Positions 28,576-38,654 of a stretch of DNA of 64,000 nucleotides are shown here, piece by piece (position 1 is the stretch's first letter; the number at the start of each line of letters is the position of its first letter). Below the pieces are notes generated by a model. That model searched no databases, was not told the origin of the DNA, and was given only the letters and a program-made list of their open reading frames with translations. The translations under genes were made by a program, and so were the position numbers. The stretch comes from Myxococcota bacterium. Its GTDB lineage: Bacteria > Myxococcota_A > UBA9042 > PHBI01 > JAWLBL01. The DNA is taken from contig JAWLBL010000033.1 in the NCBI GenBank assembly GCA_041687695.1, positions 28,014-92,013 of the forward strand, read 5' to 3'.

Positions 28576-30906
28576 CTATGTGGCCGACGGCTCGGCGCTG
28601 GGCGCGACGGTGACGACCACCGACTTCGAGATCGGCGTCAGGCTGCGCGCCGCCACGCGGCCCAGGGGCACCAGCGGGTTCGCCTCGGGGAAGTACGTCG
28701 CGACGCACCCGCGCGGGATCTCGTAGGCCACCGCCGTGAACCCGCGCACCTCGCGCCGCGTGCCGTCGTAGTGGCTGGCCAGGTCCACGCGGTCGCCCGG
28801 CCGCAGCCCGCGCGCCTCGAGGTCCGCCGGGTGCATGAACACGACGCGCCGGCCGCCGTAGACGCCCCGATAGCGGTCGTCCAGGCCGTAGATCGTCGTG
28901 TTGTATTGGTCGTGGCTGCGCACCGTCATCATCAACAGCTCGCCCGGCCCCAGCTGCCGCCGCGGCACCGGATGCACGGTGAAGCGCGCCCGGCCCGTCT
29001 CGGTGTCCCACACCCGCTGGCGCGCCGCGTTGGGCAGCGCGAAGCCGCCGCGCCGCAGCCGCGCGTCGAAGTCCTCGAACCCCGGCACGACGCGCGCGAC
29101 GAGCCCGCGCACCCGGCCGTAGTCGGCCCCCAGCGCCGGCCAGTCCACCGGCGCCGCCCCGAACAGCGCCGCCCCGATCCCGGCGACGATGGCCGGCTCG
29201 CTGCACAGGTGCTCGGACGCCGGCTCGGCCCGCCCGCGCGAGGCGTGAACCAGCCCCATCGAGTCCTCGACCGACACCACCTGCTCGACGCCGCCCTGCA
29301 CGTCCCGCTCGGTCCGCCCCAGGCACGGCAGGATGAGCGACGTCCGCCCTGGCACCAGGTGCGACCGGTTGAGCTTGGTCGACACGTGCACCGTCAGCCG
29401 GCACCGCCGCAGCGCCTCGGCCGTCCGCGCGCTGTCGGGCGACGCCGAGTAGAAGTTGCCGCCCATCGCCATGAACACCCGCGTGCGCCCGCTCGCCATC
29501 GCCTCGATGGCCTCCACCACGCTGACCCCGTGCGCCCGCGGCGCCCGCACGCCCGTCGCCGCCTCGAGCGCCGCCAGGAACGCCTCCGGGGGCCGCTCCC
29601 AGATGCCCATCGTCCGGTCGCCCTGCACATTCGAGTGCCCCCGCACCGGGCACAGCCCGGCCCCCGGCCGCCCGACGTTCCCCCGCAGCAGCAGCAGGTT
29701 CGTCACCATCTGCACGTTGGCCACGCCGTGCTCGTGTTGCGTCAGCCCCATCGCCCACGCGGCGATGACCGCCTTCGCCCCCACGTACAGCCCCGCCAGC
29801 TCGCGCATCGTCGCCTCGGCGACCCCGCTATCGGCGACCAGCGCCTCCCACGGCTCGGCCGCGACCGCCGCCGCCAGCGCCTCGAACCCGTCCGTGTGCT
29901 CGCGCACGAAGGCGTGGTCCAGCACCTCGCCCGGCCGCCGCGCCTCCTCCTCGAGCACCGCCTTGATCACCCCCGCCAGCAGCGCCACGTCCCCGCCGAT
30001 GCGCACCGGCACGTGCAGCGACGCCAGCGGCGTCCCCGACCCCAGCAGCCCCCGCACCTCCTGCGGGTGCTTGAACCGCACCAGCCCCGCCTCGCGCAGC
30101 GGGTTGACGCTGACGATCCGCGCCCCGCGCCGCGCCGCCTCCTGCAGCGTCGACAACATCCGCGGGTGGTTCGTCCCCGGGTTCTGCCCCATGACCAGGA
30201 TCAGGTCGGCCGCCTCGAAGTCGCTCAGCTGCACCGTCCCCTTGCCGACCCCGATCGCCTCGGTCAGCCCCACGCCGCTGGACTCGTGGCACAGGTTCGA
30301 GCAGTCCGGCAGGTTGTTCGTCCCCAGCTGCCGCGCCAGCAGCTGATACAGGAAGGCCGCCTCGTTGCTGGTCCGCCCCGACGTGTAGAACACCGCCTCG
30401 TCGGGCGACCCCAGCGCCCGCAGCTCGCCCGCGACCAGCGCCAGCGCCTCGTCCCAGCCGATCGCCTCGTACCTGTCCGATCCCTCGCGCCGCACCAGCG
30501 GGTGCGTGAGCCGCCCCGTCTCGCCCAGCCACAGGTCCGACTGCTCCCACAGCCGCGCGATGGGCCACCGAGCGAACAGCTCCGGCCCCGCGCGCCGCCG
30601 GTCGGCCTCCCACCCGATCGCCTTGGCCCCGTTCTCGCAAAACTCGGCCATCGCCCGGTGCTCGGGCTCCGGCCAGGCGCACCCCGGGCAGTCGAACCCG
30701 TCCGCCTGGTTGACCTTCATCAACAGGCCCACGCCGCGCCACAGCCCCGCCCGCCGCACGTGCCCCATCGCCTTCGAGATGGCCGGCCACCCGCCCGCCG
30801 CCTCGCCCTGCGCCGTCACGCGCAGCTCGGCCTCGGCCCCCTCGGGCCCGTGCGCGCCGCTCGCCTCCGCCGCCGCGTCTTCCCGCGTCTCGCTGCTCGC
30901 CGTCAT
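28576..30906 (-). CDS. FdhF/YdeP-family molybdopterin oxidoreductase
   Basis: NQADGFDCPGCAWP, EFCENGAKA, FYTSGRTSNE, NNLPDCSNLCHE, RGHSNVQGDR, RSHDQYNTTIYG. Confidence 0.93.
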   Translation of the reverse strand: MTASSETREDAAAEASGAHGPEGAEAELRVTAQGEAAGGWPAISKAMGHVRRAGLWRGVGLLMKVNQADGFDCPGCAWPEPEHRAMAEFCENGAKAIGWEADRRRAGPELFARWPIARLWEQSDLWLGETGRLTHPLVRREGSDRYEAIGWDEALALVAGELRALGSPDEAVFYTSGRTSNEAAFLYQLLARQLGTNNLPDCSNLCHESSGVGLTEAIGVGKGTVQLSDFEAADLILVMGQNPGTNHPRMLSTLQEAARRGARIVSVNPLREAGLVRFKHPQEVRGLLGSGTPLASLHVPVRIGGDVALLAGVIKAVLEEEARRPGEVLDHAFVREHTDGFEALAAAVAAEPWEALVADSGVAEATMRELAGLYVGAKAVIAAWAMGLTQHEHGVANVQMVTNLLLLRGNVGRPGAGLCPVRGHSNVQGDRTMGIWERPPEAFLAALEAATGVRAPRAHGVSVVEAIEAMASGRTRVFMAMGGNFYSASPDSARTAEALRRCRLTVHVSTKLNRSHLVPGRTSLILPCLGRTERDVQGGVEQVVSVEDSMGLVHASRGRAEPASEHLCSEPAIVAGIGAALFGAAPVDWPALGADYGRVRGLVARVVPGFEDFDARLRRGGFALPNAARQRVWDTETGRARFTVHPVPRRQLGPGELLMMTVRSHDQYNTTIYGLDDRYRGVYGGRRVVFMHPADLEARGLRPGDRVDLASHYDGTRREVRGFTAVAYEIPRGCVATYFPEANPLVPLGRVAARSLTPISKSVVVTVAPSAEPSAT

Positions 30907-31303
30907 GGCCCGAGCCTACAGGCGCGTCCCCGGCGACGCCATCCCACCGCCGGCCGCGCGCGGCGGCCGCCCGGCCGGAGCCGCGAGGGGAGGGGATGTG
31001 CAGGGAGCCCGGCACGGTCGGGGTGACGTCTGACGCGGCGCGGCCGGGGAGTTGGCCTCGTTCGCATCTCATGACGCCCTGACCCGGTCCGTGCCGAGCT
31101 CGCTCGCGACGTCGGGGGGCTCGGCCACGAGCGGTCCTGCGGTGCATCCACGTCGGGGGCGATCGCGATGCACTGATGAGTCCGACCCTGCCCCACGCCG
31201 GGGCCAACGACCATTACAACGCATGACACGGCCGCGCACCAAGCCCCTCCGCCGCGGCCGCCCGCTGGCGGCGTCCCGCGCCGCCGCCTATCGTCCGCAC
31301 CCT

Positions 31304-32137
31304 ATGACGACCACCCCATCGACCGACGCGACCCGCCTGCTGCCCGTCCGGCGCCACCCGCCCGGCGACCTCCACGACGACCCGGTCGTGGTCGAGGAGC
31401 CGCTCGAGATCCGGGTCGACGGCGACCCGCTGGCCGTCCTGATGCGCACGCCGGGCCGCGATCGCGACCTCGCCGCCGGGTTCCTGCTGACCGAGGGCGT
31501 CATCGACGGCCCCGACGACCTGACCGCGCTCGCCCCCTGCGCCGACCCCAACCGCCCGCACGCCGCCAACGTGCTGCTCGCTACCCTCGCCGCCGGCTGC
31601 ACCCTGTCCGCCTGGCGCCGCGACCAGGCCCGCCGCGCGCAAGCCGCCACCGCCAGCTGCGGCGTGTGCGGCAAGGCCACCCTCGACAGCATCTACCAAC
31701 GGACCACCCCCCACCCCGCCTTCGCCACGCTCCCACGCGCCCTGCTCGCCGACATGGGCGCCCGCGCCCGCGCCGCCCAGCCCGTCTTCGATCAGACCGG
31801 CGGCCTCCACGCCGCGGCCCTCTTCGGCCCCGGCCCCGATCACGCCCTGCTGGCGGTCGCCGAGGACGTCGGCCGGCACAACGCCGTCGACAAGGTCGTC
31901 GGCGCCCGCCTGCTGGCCGACGCGCTGCCCGACCCGAGCGCCGCCCTGTGGGTCAGCGGCCGCGCCTCCTTCGAGCTGGTCCAGAAGGTCGCCGTCGCCG
32001 GCTTCGGCGCCCTGGTCTGCGTCGGCGCCCCCACCACCCTGGCCGTCGACCTCGCCCAGGCCCTGCGCGTCACCCTCGTCGGCTTCGCCCGCGCCTCCGG
32101 CCGCTTCAACGTCTACGCCGGCGCCATCGGCGACTGA
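31304..32137 (+). CDS. fdhD: Formate dehydrogenase accessory sulfurtransferase FdhD
   Basis: EEPLEI, MRTPG, SCGVCGK, TGGLHAA, EDVGRHNAVDK, SGRASFELVQK. Confidence 0.93.
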   Translation: MTTTPSTDATRLLPVRRHPPGDLHDDPVVVEEPLEIRVDGDPLAVLMRTPGRDRDLAAGFLLTEGVIDGPDDLTALAPCADPNRPHAANVLLATLAAGCTLSAWRRDQARRAQAATASCGVCGKATLDSIYQRTTPHPAFATLPRALLADMGARARAAQPVFDQTGGLHAAALFGPGPDHALLAVAEDVGRHNAVDKVVGARLLADALPDPSAALWVSGRASFELVQKVAVAGFGALVCVGAPTTLAVDLAQALRVTLVGFARASGRFNVYAGAIGD

Positions 32138-32144
32138 CCGGCCG

Positions 32145-32172
32145 TCGACACCCGCCCCGCCCGTGGTATCGT
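32145..32172 (+). promoter_or_regulatory. Sigma70-like promoter candidate
   Basis: TCGACA-N16-TATCGT with an extended -10 TG, upstream of the AGGAGG SD of 32207. Confidence 0.35.
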
Positions 32173-32206
32173 CCCGGCCCCCACGCCCCCGACCCCAGGA
32201 GGTCCC

Positions 32207-33916
32207 GTGCGAGGTCTCGTCCCGCCTCTGCTCGCCGCGTTCGCCGCGGCCCTGGCCCTTGCGCCCCCGGCCCCGGCCCTCGCCCAGGACGCCGCCACCT
32301 GCCGCGGCCGCGAGGTCCACCTCGTCGCGCTCAGCACCGACGGCCGCTACGCCCTGCTCCGCGACCTCCGCCCCGGCGCCCCCAGCGGCCCCGTCGTGGT
32401 CCGCGACCTCGCCCAGGGTGTCACCGCCCACACCCTGCCCGCCGACCTCGTCGCCCAGCTCGAGGCGGGCCCCCCCTGCCGCACCGCCGCCCACGCCGAG
32501 TGCGTCTTCGAGGCCGCCGTCGCCGAGCTGCGCGCCCACCCGGACCTCGCCCGCGTCGCCTGGCGCCGCCTGTCCATGTGGGCCGACAAGCGCGAGCTCT
32601 ACCCCGCCGTCCAGGGCCGCGCCGGCGCCCTCGGCCAGGCCACCCCGACCGCCGGCGCCGCCGCCGCCGTGCTCGACGTCGACCGCGTCCGCCTGACCCT
32701 CACCCGCGGCGGCAAGGCCGTCGTCGAGCGCGTCCGCCCGCGCCAGCTCGCCCCCGACCGCGACGCCGACGTGCAGCTGCAGGGCTTCTACTTCGCCACC
32801 GACTACGTCGTCGCCCTCGTCCAGGTCGCCCCCCGCAAGCCCGACTGCGCCGGCGCCGGCGCCCCGCGCGTCGAGGACCGCCCCTTCGCCTTCGCCTACC
32901 CCGCCGCGCCGCGCCCCCAGGTCACCCAGGCGCCGCCCTCCACCGCCACCGCGCCGCCCCGCACCCTGGGCGACGCCGCGCGCCTCACCGACCCCTACGT
33001 GCTCGCGCCCCTGGTCACGCCGCCCGGCTACGCCAACCGACGCTTCCGCCTCTCCACCGGCGACCTCGTCCAGACGCACACCGGCTGCGGCGAGTGGGCC
33101 GAGGGCGGCGCCGGCTTCCTGGTCCAGGCCCAGGGCTCCCGACGCGCGCCGCGCCTGGTCACCTTCGACGCCGGCCCCCTGCGCGAGCTCCCCAGCGGCC
33201 ACCTGCTCCTCGAGGCCCGCCGCCAGATCGGCAGCGACGGCGACGACGCGCCGCCCGAGCTGCCCGAGGGCGCCCAGGCCCCGCTCGTGACGGGCACCGG
33301 GTCCATCTTCGCGACCCGCGTCACCGCCATCGATCTGAAGACCGGCAAACACCGCGACGCCGGCTGGGACACCTTCGCCCCCATCACCGCCGGCGCCCAG
33401 CGCTTCGTCGTCCTCGCCCGCGCCACCCTCGCCGCCGATCCCGGCGCCCCGCGCGCCGCCTCCGAGCTGCTCCTGTGGGACCTCCGCACCGGCCGCAAGC
33501 GCGCCCTCGGCCCCGCCCACGGCCCGCCCGAGTACCGCGTGCGCCGCGACGAGGTCCTGGTCCGCGTCGGCCCCCGCGATGCCCCCGCCTACCTGGCCGT
33601 CCACGGCTCGACCGGCAAGATCCGCCCCGCCACCCCCGACGAGGTCGCCGCCGCCCCGGTCCTCGCCGACTTCCTCGCCGCCGACCCGCCGCGCAACCTC
33701 GCGCTCATCTCGCCGCTGCTCTGGTACACCTCGGACGGCCGCCCCATCCACGTGCCGGAGACCAGCCACGACCCGTCGCCCCACGTCCCCGTCCAGGGAA
33801 TGTGCGGCCTCGACGGCCCCTTCTGGAGCCACGGGCTGCTCTTCAGCGACGAGGGCATCTTCTTCTGGCCCGCCAGCCTCTCGCTCGGCTCCGATCCGGC
33901 CGACGGTTCCCGGTGA
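32207..33916 (+). CDS. Hypothetical exported protein (beta-rich)
   Basis: AGGAGG SD, GTG start, signal peptide ending ALA-QD; strong GC3 bias. Confidence 0.75.
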   Translation: MRGLVPPLLAAFAAALALAPPAPALAQDAATCRGREVHLVALSTDGRYALLRDLRPGAPSGPVVVRDLAQGVTAHTLPADLVAQLEAGPPCRTAAHAECVFEAAVAELRAHPDLARVAWRRLSMWADKRELYPAVQGRAGALGQATPTAGAAAAVLDVDRVRLTLTRGGKAVVERVRPRQLAPDRDADVQLQGFYFATDYVVALVQVAPRKPDCAGAGAPRVEDRPFAFAYPAAPRPQVTQAPPSTATAPPRTLGDAARLTDPYVLAPLVTPPGYANRRFRLSTGDLVQTHTGCGEWAEGGAGFLVQAQGSRRAPRLVTFDAGPLRELPSGHLLLEARRQIGSDGDDAPPELPEGAQAPLVTGTGSIFATRVTAIDLKTGKHRDAGWDTFAPITAGAQRFVVLARATLAADPGAPRAASELLLWDLRTGRKRALGPAHGPPEYRVRRDEVLVRVGPRDAPAYLAVHGSTGKIRPATPDEVAAAPVLADFLAADPPRNLALISPLLWYTSDGRPIHVPETSHDPSPHVPVQGMCGLDGPFWSHGLLFSDEGIFFWPASLSLGSDPADGSR

Positions 33917-33990
33917 CGTCCCTTGGTTCCGCGCCCACCCTGGGCTATGAAGCGGGCGATGCCGCACGCCGCGGCCGCCCGGGAGCGCAG

Positions 33991-34989
33991 ATGAGCCGAC
34001 CCCAGCAACAGGACGCCCCGCTCGTCGACGGCTTCGGCCGGCGGGTCGACTACCTGCGGCTGTCGCTGCTCGACGGGTGCAACCTGCGCTGCCAGTACTG
34101 CATGCCGGCCGAGGGGCTGCCCTTCCTGCACCACCGCGACTGGCTGGACTTCGACGCCATCGTCCTGACGCTCCGCGTCGCCAGCCGCCTCGGCGTGCAC
34201 CGAGTGCGCCTGACCGGCGGCGAGCCGCTGATGCGCCCCGGGCTGCCCGAGCTGGTCCGGCGCATCAAGACCGAGACCCCCATCGCCGAGCTGGCCCTGA
34301 CCACCAACGGCCTGCTGCTCGAGGCCCAGGCCGAGCCGCTGGCCAAGGCTGGCCTCGACCGCCTCAACGTCAGCCTCGACAGCCTGGACGAGGGCCGCTT
34401 CGTCCAGATGGCCCGCCGCGACGGCCTCGAGCAGGTCTGGCGCGGCCTGCGCGCCGCCGCCCGGGCGGGCCTGGCGCCGCTGAAGATCAACACGGTCCTG
34501 ATGGCCGGCTTCAACGAGGACGAGGTCGATCGCTGGGTGGCCCTCACCCGCGAGCACGCGCTGACCGTGCGCTTCCTCGAGGTGATGCCCATCGGAGAGG
34601 CGGGCCGCGCCGGGCTGGGCTTCGTCGACGTGTCGGCCGTCCGCGCGCGCCTCGTCGCCCAGTACGGCCTCGAGCCGGCCCAGGCCAAGGTCGGCGGCGG
34701 CCCGGCGCGTTACTGGCGCGTCCCGGGCGCGCCCGGGATGGTCGGCTTCATCACGCCCATCTCCGACCGCTACTGCGACACCTGCACGCGCGTTCGCCTG
34801 ACGGCCTCGGGCGACCTGCGGCCGTGCCTGGCCTTCGACGTGCACGTCCCGATGGGGCAGGCCATCCGCTCGGGCGACGAGGCCGCCATCGAGGCCGCCT
34901 TCCGCGAGGCCGCGCGCCAAAAGCCCGCGGGGCACCACTGGGAGGCCGGCCAGCTGACGCGCACCTCGATGTCGGTCATGGGAGGGTAG
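33991..34989 (+). CDS. moaA: GTP 3',8-cyclase MoaA
   Basis: DGFGRRVDYLRLS, CNLRCQYC, LTGGEP, CDTCTRVRLTASGDLRPC, C-terminal MSVMGG. Confidence 0.96.
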   Translation: MSRPQQQDAPLVDGFGRRVDYLRLSLLDGCNLRCQYCMPAEGLPFLHHRDWLDFDAIVLTLRVASRLGVHRVRLTGGEPLMRPGLPELVRRIKTETPIAELALTTNGLLLEAQAEPLAKAGLDRLNVSLDSLDEGRFVQMARRDGLEQVWRGLRAAARAGLAPLKINTVLMAGFNEDEVDRWVALTREHALTVRFLEVMPIGEAGRAGLGFVDVSAVRARLVAQYGLEPAQAKVGGGPARYWRVPGAPGMVGFITPISDRYCDTCTRVRLTASGDLRPCLAFDVHVPMGQAIRSGDEAAIEAAFREAARQKPAGHHWEAGQLTRTSMSVMGG

Positions 34990-34993
34990 GGCG

Positions 34994-35242
34994 ATGCGTC
35001 TTCGACTGTGTCTGTACGGCGGGCTCCAGCGGGTCGGCGGCGGCCGCGAGCACGCCCTCGTGCTGCCCGGCGAGACGATGAGCGTGGCCGAGCTGCGCGC
35101 CGCCATCGCGCGCGCCCATCCGCCCCTGGCGCCCCACCTGCCGACCGCCGCCCTGGCCATCGGCGACACCATCGTGACCGACGACGGGCAGGTCCGCGAC
35201 GGCGACGAGATCGGGCTGTTGCCCCCCGTCAGCGGAGGCTGA
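34994..35242 (+). CDS. moaD: Molybdopterin synthase sulfur carrier MoaD
   Basis: 82 aa ending DGDEIGLLPPVSGG; lies between moaA and moaE. Confidence 0.92.
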   Translation: MRLRLCLYGGLQRVGGGREHALVLPGETMSVAELRAAIARAHPPLAPHLPTAALAIGDTIVTDDGQVRDGDEIGLLPPVSGG

Positions 35243-35243
35243 G

Positions 35244-35702
35244 ATGACCGAGCAGGTCGACACGACGCGCTGGATCCAGCAAGGCCCGCTGCCCCTCGAG
35301 GCGCTGCTGGCCGAGACCGACGACCCCGAGTGTGGCGGCCTGGTGGTCTTCGGCGGCACCATCCGCAAGGAAAACCACGGCAAGCGCGTCACCCGCATCC
35401 GCTACGACGTCCACCCGCCGCTCGCCGCCCGCACGCTGGCCGACCTCGAGGCCGAGGTCCTCGAGCGCTTCCCGGTCCGCCACTGCCGCCTGCAGCACCG
35501 CGTCGGGACGCTCGAGCTGGGCGAGTGCAGCGTCTGGGTGGTCGTCCGCGCCAAACACCGCGCCGAGGCCTTCGAGGCCAGCCGCTACGCCATCGACCAG
35601 CTCAAGCGCCGCGCCCCCATCTGGAAGGAGGAGTTCTACGAGGACGGCACCAGCGAGTTCCTGAAGGGCTGCTCCCTCGTCGACGGCCACCACGAGCACT
35701 GA
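35244..35702 (+). CDS. moaE: Molybdopterin synthase catalytic subunit MoaE
   Basis: GGLVVFGGTIR, HRVGTL, HRAEAF, LKRRAPIWKEE. Confidence 0.95.
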   Translation: MTEQVDTTRWIQQGPLPLEALLAETDDPECGGLVVFGGTIRKENHGKRVTRIRYDVHPPLAARTLADLEAEVLERFPVRHCRLQHRVGTLELGECSVWVVVRAKHRAEAFEASRYAIDQLKRRAPIWKEEFYEDGTSEFLKGCSLVDGHHEH

Positions 35703-35718
35703 TCCCGGGGGACCCACC

Positions 35719-37071
35719 GTGCTGACCCTGCCCGAGGCCCGCGCGCGCATCCTCGACCGCGCCCGCCCGCTCCCCGCCGAGGACGCCGCCTACCTCGACG
35801 CCGTCGGCCGCGTCCTGGCCGAGGACGTGCTCGCCCCGCGCCAGCACCCGCTCGCCGACAACTCGGCCATGGACGGCTACGCCATGCGCGCCGCCGACCT
35901 GGTCGGCGCCTCCTCCTCCACCCCGGTCACCCTGCCGATCGCCGGCGAGTCCGCCGCCGGCCGCGCCTTCACCGACCCCGTCCCGCCCGGCGCCTGCGTC
36001 CGCATCAGCACCGGCGGCAACCTCCCGCCCGGCGCCGACGCCGTCGTCCCGCAAGAGGACACCGCCCCCGCCAACCCCGGCTGCGTCGCCTTCCTCGCCG
36101 CCCCCGCCCCCGGCGCCCACATCCGCCGCGCCGGCGAAGAGTTCGCGCCCGGCGACGTCCTCCTCCCCGCCGGCGCCCGCCTCGGCCCGGCCGCCATCGG
36201 CCTGCTCGCCACCTGCGGCCTGACCCGCGTCCGCGTCCACCGCCGCCCGCGCGTCGCCATCCTCTCCACCGGCGACGAGCTCGTCGCCCCCGACCGCGCC
36301 GGCGAGCGCCCCGACGTCCTCGTCGACTCCAACGGCCCGCTCCTGCTCGCCGCCTGCCAGCGCGCCGGCGCCGTCGTCACCCGCCTCGACCAGCGCCCCG
36401 ACGACCCCGGCGCCGTCGCCGCCTGGCTGACCGACGCCCTCTCCGACGCCGACGTCGTCCTGACCACCGGCGGCGCCTCGGTCGGCCCCCACGACGTCAT
36501 CGCCTCCGCCTGGCAGGCCGCCGGTGTCGAGACCCTCTTCTGGAAGGTCGCCATGAAGCCCGGCAAGCCGCTGCGCTTCGGCGTCCCAGACGCCAACCGC
36601 GATCTCGTCCCAGACGCCAACCGCGATCTCGTCCCCGACGCCAACCGCGATCTCGTCCCCGACGCCAACCGCGATCTCGTCCCCGACGCCGCTGGCGGCG
36701 CCGCCCCGCTGGTCTTCGCCCTGCCCGGCAACCCGCTGGCCGTCCTCACCGGCCTCGAGCTCTTCGTCGAGCCGGTCCTCTCCGTGCTCTCCGGCGGCCC
36801 CGCCGACACCCGCCTGCGCGTCCGCCTCCCGCTGGCCGAAGCCCGCCCCGGCGGTGGCCGCCTGCACCTGGTCCGCGCCGACTTCGTCGACGCCCCGCAG
36901 GGCCCCTGCGCCTTCGTCCCGCCCCGCCAGGGCAGCAACATGCTGCGCGAGGCCGCCGTCCGCCCGCTGACCTGCGTCATCCCGCCCGGAGAGGCGCTGC
37001 AGGCCGGCACCCTGGTCGAGGCCTTCGCCGCCCCCGACGCCCTGGCCGGCCGCGCCGTCACCGTCGACTGA
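35719..37071 (+). CDS. moeA: Molybdopterin molybdotransferase MoeA with an in-frame repeat insertion
   Basis: SAMDGYA, ISTG..P.GADAVV, STGDEL, DSNG, GGASVG, MKPGKP, LPGNP. Confidence 0.93.
   Translation: MLTLPEARARILDRARPLPAEDAAYLDAVGRVLAEDVLAPRQHPLADNSAMDGYAMRAADLVGASSSTPVTLPIAGESAAGRAFTDPVPPGACVRISTGGNLPPGADAVVPQEDTAPANPGCVAFLAAPAPGAHIRRAGEEFAPGDVLLPAGARLGPAAIGLLATCGLTRVRVHRRPRVAILSTGDELVAPDRAGERPDVLVDSNGPLLLAACQRAGAVVTRLDQRPDDPGAVAAWLTDALSDADVVLTTGGASVGPHDVIASAWQAAGVETLFWKVAMKPGKPLRFGVPDANRDLVPDANRDLVPDANRDLVPDANRDLVPDAAGGAAPLVFALPGNPLAVLTGLELFVEPVLSVLSGGPADTRLRVRLPLAEARPGGGRLHLVRADFVDAPQGPCAFVPPRQGSNMLREAAVRPLTCVIPPGEALQAGTLVEAFAAPDALAGRAVTVD
36583..36690 (+). repeat. 24-bp tandem repeat x4.5 (VPDANRDL) inside moeA
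   Basis: GTCCC[A/C]GACGCCAACCGCGATCTC at 36583, 36607, 36631 and 36655, plus a half unit at 36679. Confidence 0.95.
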
Positions 37072-37669
37072 GCAAGCGCGCCAGCCCCTCGGCCGTGTCG
37101 AAGTCGGCCAGCCCCCGCGGGTCCAGCCCCGCCGCCGCCACCTCGCCCGCGTCGACCAGCTCCACCGCCAGCCCGTCCAGCGCCGCCCGCAGGCTCCGCC
37201 GCCCCTCGGCCCACGCCCGCTCGAACGCCCCGGCCGCCTCCGCCCCGTAGAACCCCGGCACCGGCCCCGGCCCGCCGTCCCCCGCCCGCAGCACGCGCCC
37301 GCCCACCCCCTCCGGCAGCGCCCGCCCCAGCCACGCCAGATGCGCCGCCGTCACCAGCGGCAGATCGCACGGCAGCAGCCACATCGCCCGCCCCGGCGCC
37401 GCCCGCCACCCGGCCAGCGCCCCCTGCAGCGGCCCCTCGCCCGCCGCCAGGTCCGCCACCCGCTCGGCCCCCTCCGGCAGCGCCCCGGCGCCGCCCACCA
37501 CCAGCACCCGCCCGGCCACCTCCCGCGCCGCCGCGACCACCCGCGCCAGCGACGCCACCCCGCCCACCGGCTCGGCCGCCTTGTCACGCCCGAACCGCCG
37601 CGACGCCCCGCCCGCCAGCACGATCGCGACCGGCTCCGCTGGCGCCACCGCGTCGGCGCGACCCGTCAC
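37058..37669 (-). CDS. mobA: Molybdenum cofactor guanylyltransferase MobA
   Basis: [31 protein letters not shown] overlap with the moaCB stop. Confidence 0.85.
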   Translation of the reverse strand: MTGRADAVAPAEPVAIVLAGGASRRFGRDKAAEPVGGVASLARVVAAAREVAGRVLVVGGAGALPEGAERVADLAAGEGPLQGALAGWRAAPGRAMWLLPCDLPLVTAAHLAWLGRALPEGVGGRVLRAGDGGPGPVPGFYGAEAAGAFERAWAEGRRSLRAALDGLAVELVDAGEVAAAGLDPRGLADFDTAEGLARLLSRR

Positions 37670-38589
37670 GCGTGCCCGTGCGCGTGAGGCTGGTGCCGCA
37701 GCATCCGGAACGCGTGCAGCAGCCCCGGGAACAGCGCCACGTAGCTCTCCTCGGCGCCCTTGGTGCTGCCCGGGAACGTGACCACCATCGTCTCGCCCAT
37801 CATCCCGGCCACCCCGCGCGACAGCATCGACCACGGCGTCCGCCGCTGCCCGTGCGCCCGCGCCGCCTCCATCACCCCGGGGATCGGCCGGTCCAGCAGC
37901 GGCGTCACCGCCTCGACCGTCCGGTCCCGCGCCGTCAGCCCGGTCCCGCCGACCGTGATCACCAGATCCATCCCCTCGGCCCCCAGCGCCCGCAGCCGCG
38001 CCTGCAGCCGCTCCGGCTCGTCCGGCAGCACCTCGTAGGCCTCGACGACCGCCCCCTCCTCGCGCGCCAGCCGGTCGCGCACGGCCACCCCCGCCCGGTC
38101 CTCCTTGCGCCCGGCGAACACCGTGTCGCTCAGCACCAGCACCGCCGCCCGCACCGGCGGCACCAACGGCTCCCGCCAGTCGCTCTTGCCGCCACGCTTC
38201 TCCGCCAGCCGCACCGACGTAATCTCGAGGTCCGTCTCGTGCGGCTTCAGCATGTCGTACAGGTTCAGCGCCGCCAGGCTCGCCGCCGTCAGCGCCTCCA
38301 TCTCGACCCCGGTCGCCGCCACGCACCGCACGGTCACCCGAATCCGCACCCCGTCGGCCTCCAGCGCGCTGTCGACGTCGATGCCGGTCAGCGGGATCGG
38401 GTGGCAATAGGGCAGCAGCTCCCACGTCCGCTTGGCCCCCATCATCGCCGTCAGCTTCGCCGCCTCCAGCGGGTCGCCCTTGCTGACCCCGCCCTCGGCG
38501 ATGAGCGTCACGGCCGACGGCGGCATCCGCACGAAGACCTCCGCGGTCGCGCTGCGCAGGGTGTCGGGCTTGGCGGTGATGTCCTTCAT
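37666..38589 (-). CDS. moaCB: Bifunctional MoaC/MoaB(MogA) fusion
   Basis: [34 protein letters not shown] (MoaC); [29 protein letters not shown] (MoaB/MogA). Confidence 0.9.
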   Translation of the reverse strand: MKDITAKPDTLRSATAEVFVRMPPSAVTLIAEGGVSKGDPLEAAKLTAMMGAKRTWELLPYCHPIPLTGIDVDSALEADGVRIRVTVRCVAATGVEMEALTAASLAALNLYDMLKPHETDLEITSVRLAEKRGGKSDWREPLVPPVRAAVLVLSDTVFAGRKEDRAGVAVRDRLAREEGAVVEAYEVLPDEPERLQARLRALGAEGMDLVITVGGTGLTARDRTVEAVTPLLDRPIPGVMEAARAHGQRRTPWSMLSRGVAGMMGETMVVTFPGSTKGAEESYVALFPGLLHAFRMLRHQPHAHGHA

Positions 38590-38654
38590 GGCGGCCTCCT
38601 CGGGTCCTGGTCGGCTTTCGAGCGTGTTCGGTCGCCGCACGCTATGCTGCCCCC

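Noticed and set aside
28576..30906. Selenocysteine recoding in the FdhF-like gene
   Set aside because: No in-frame TGA; the YdeP-type active-site region reads DCSNLCHE.
31140..31230. CTGATGAG after a stem, resembling a hammerhead ribozyme core
   Set aside because: No GAAA after a stem II and no NUH cleavage triplet at the required position.
33917..33990. Possible Moco riboswitch upstream of moaA
   Set aside because: Only about 75 bp of spacer and no recognisable multi-stem motif; would need an Rfam scan.
36583..36690. 24-bp and 105-bp repeats as CRISPR arrays
   Set aside because: Head-to-tail with no unique spacers, in frame within genes, and no cas genes in the window.
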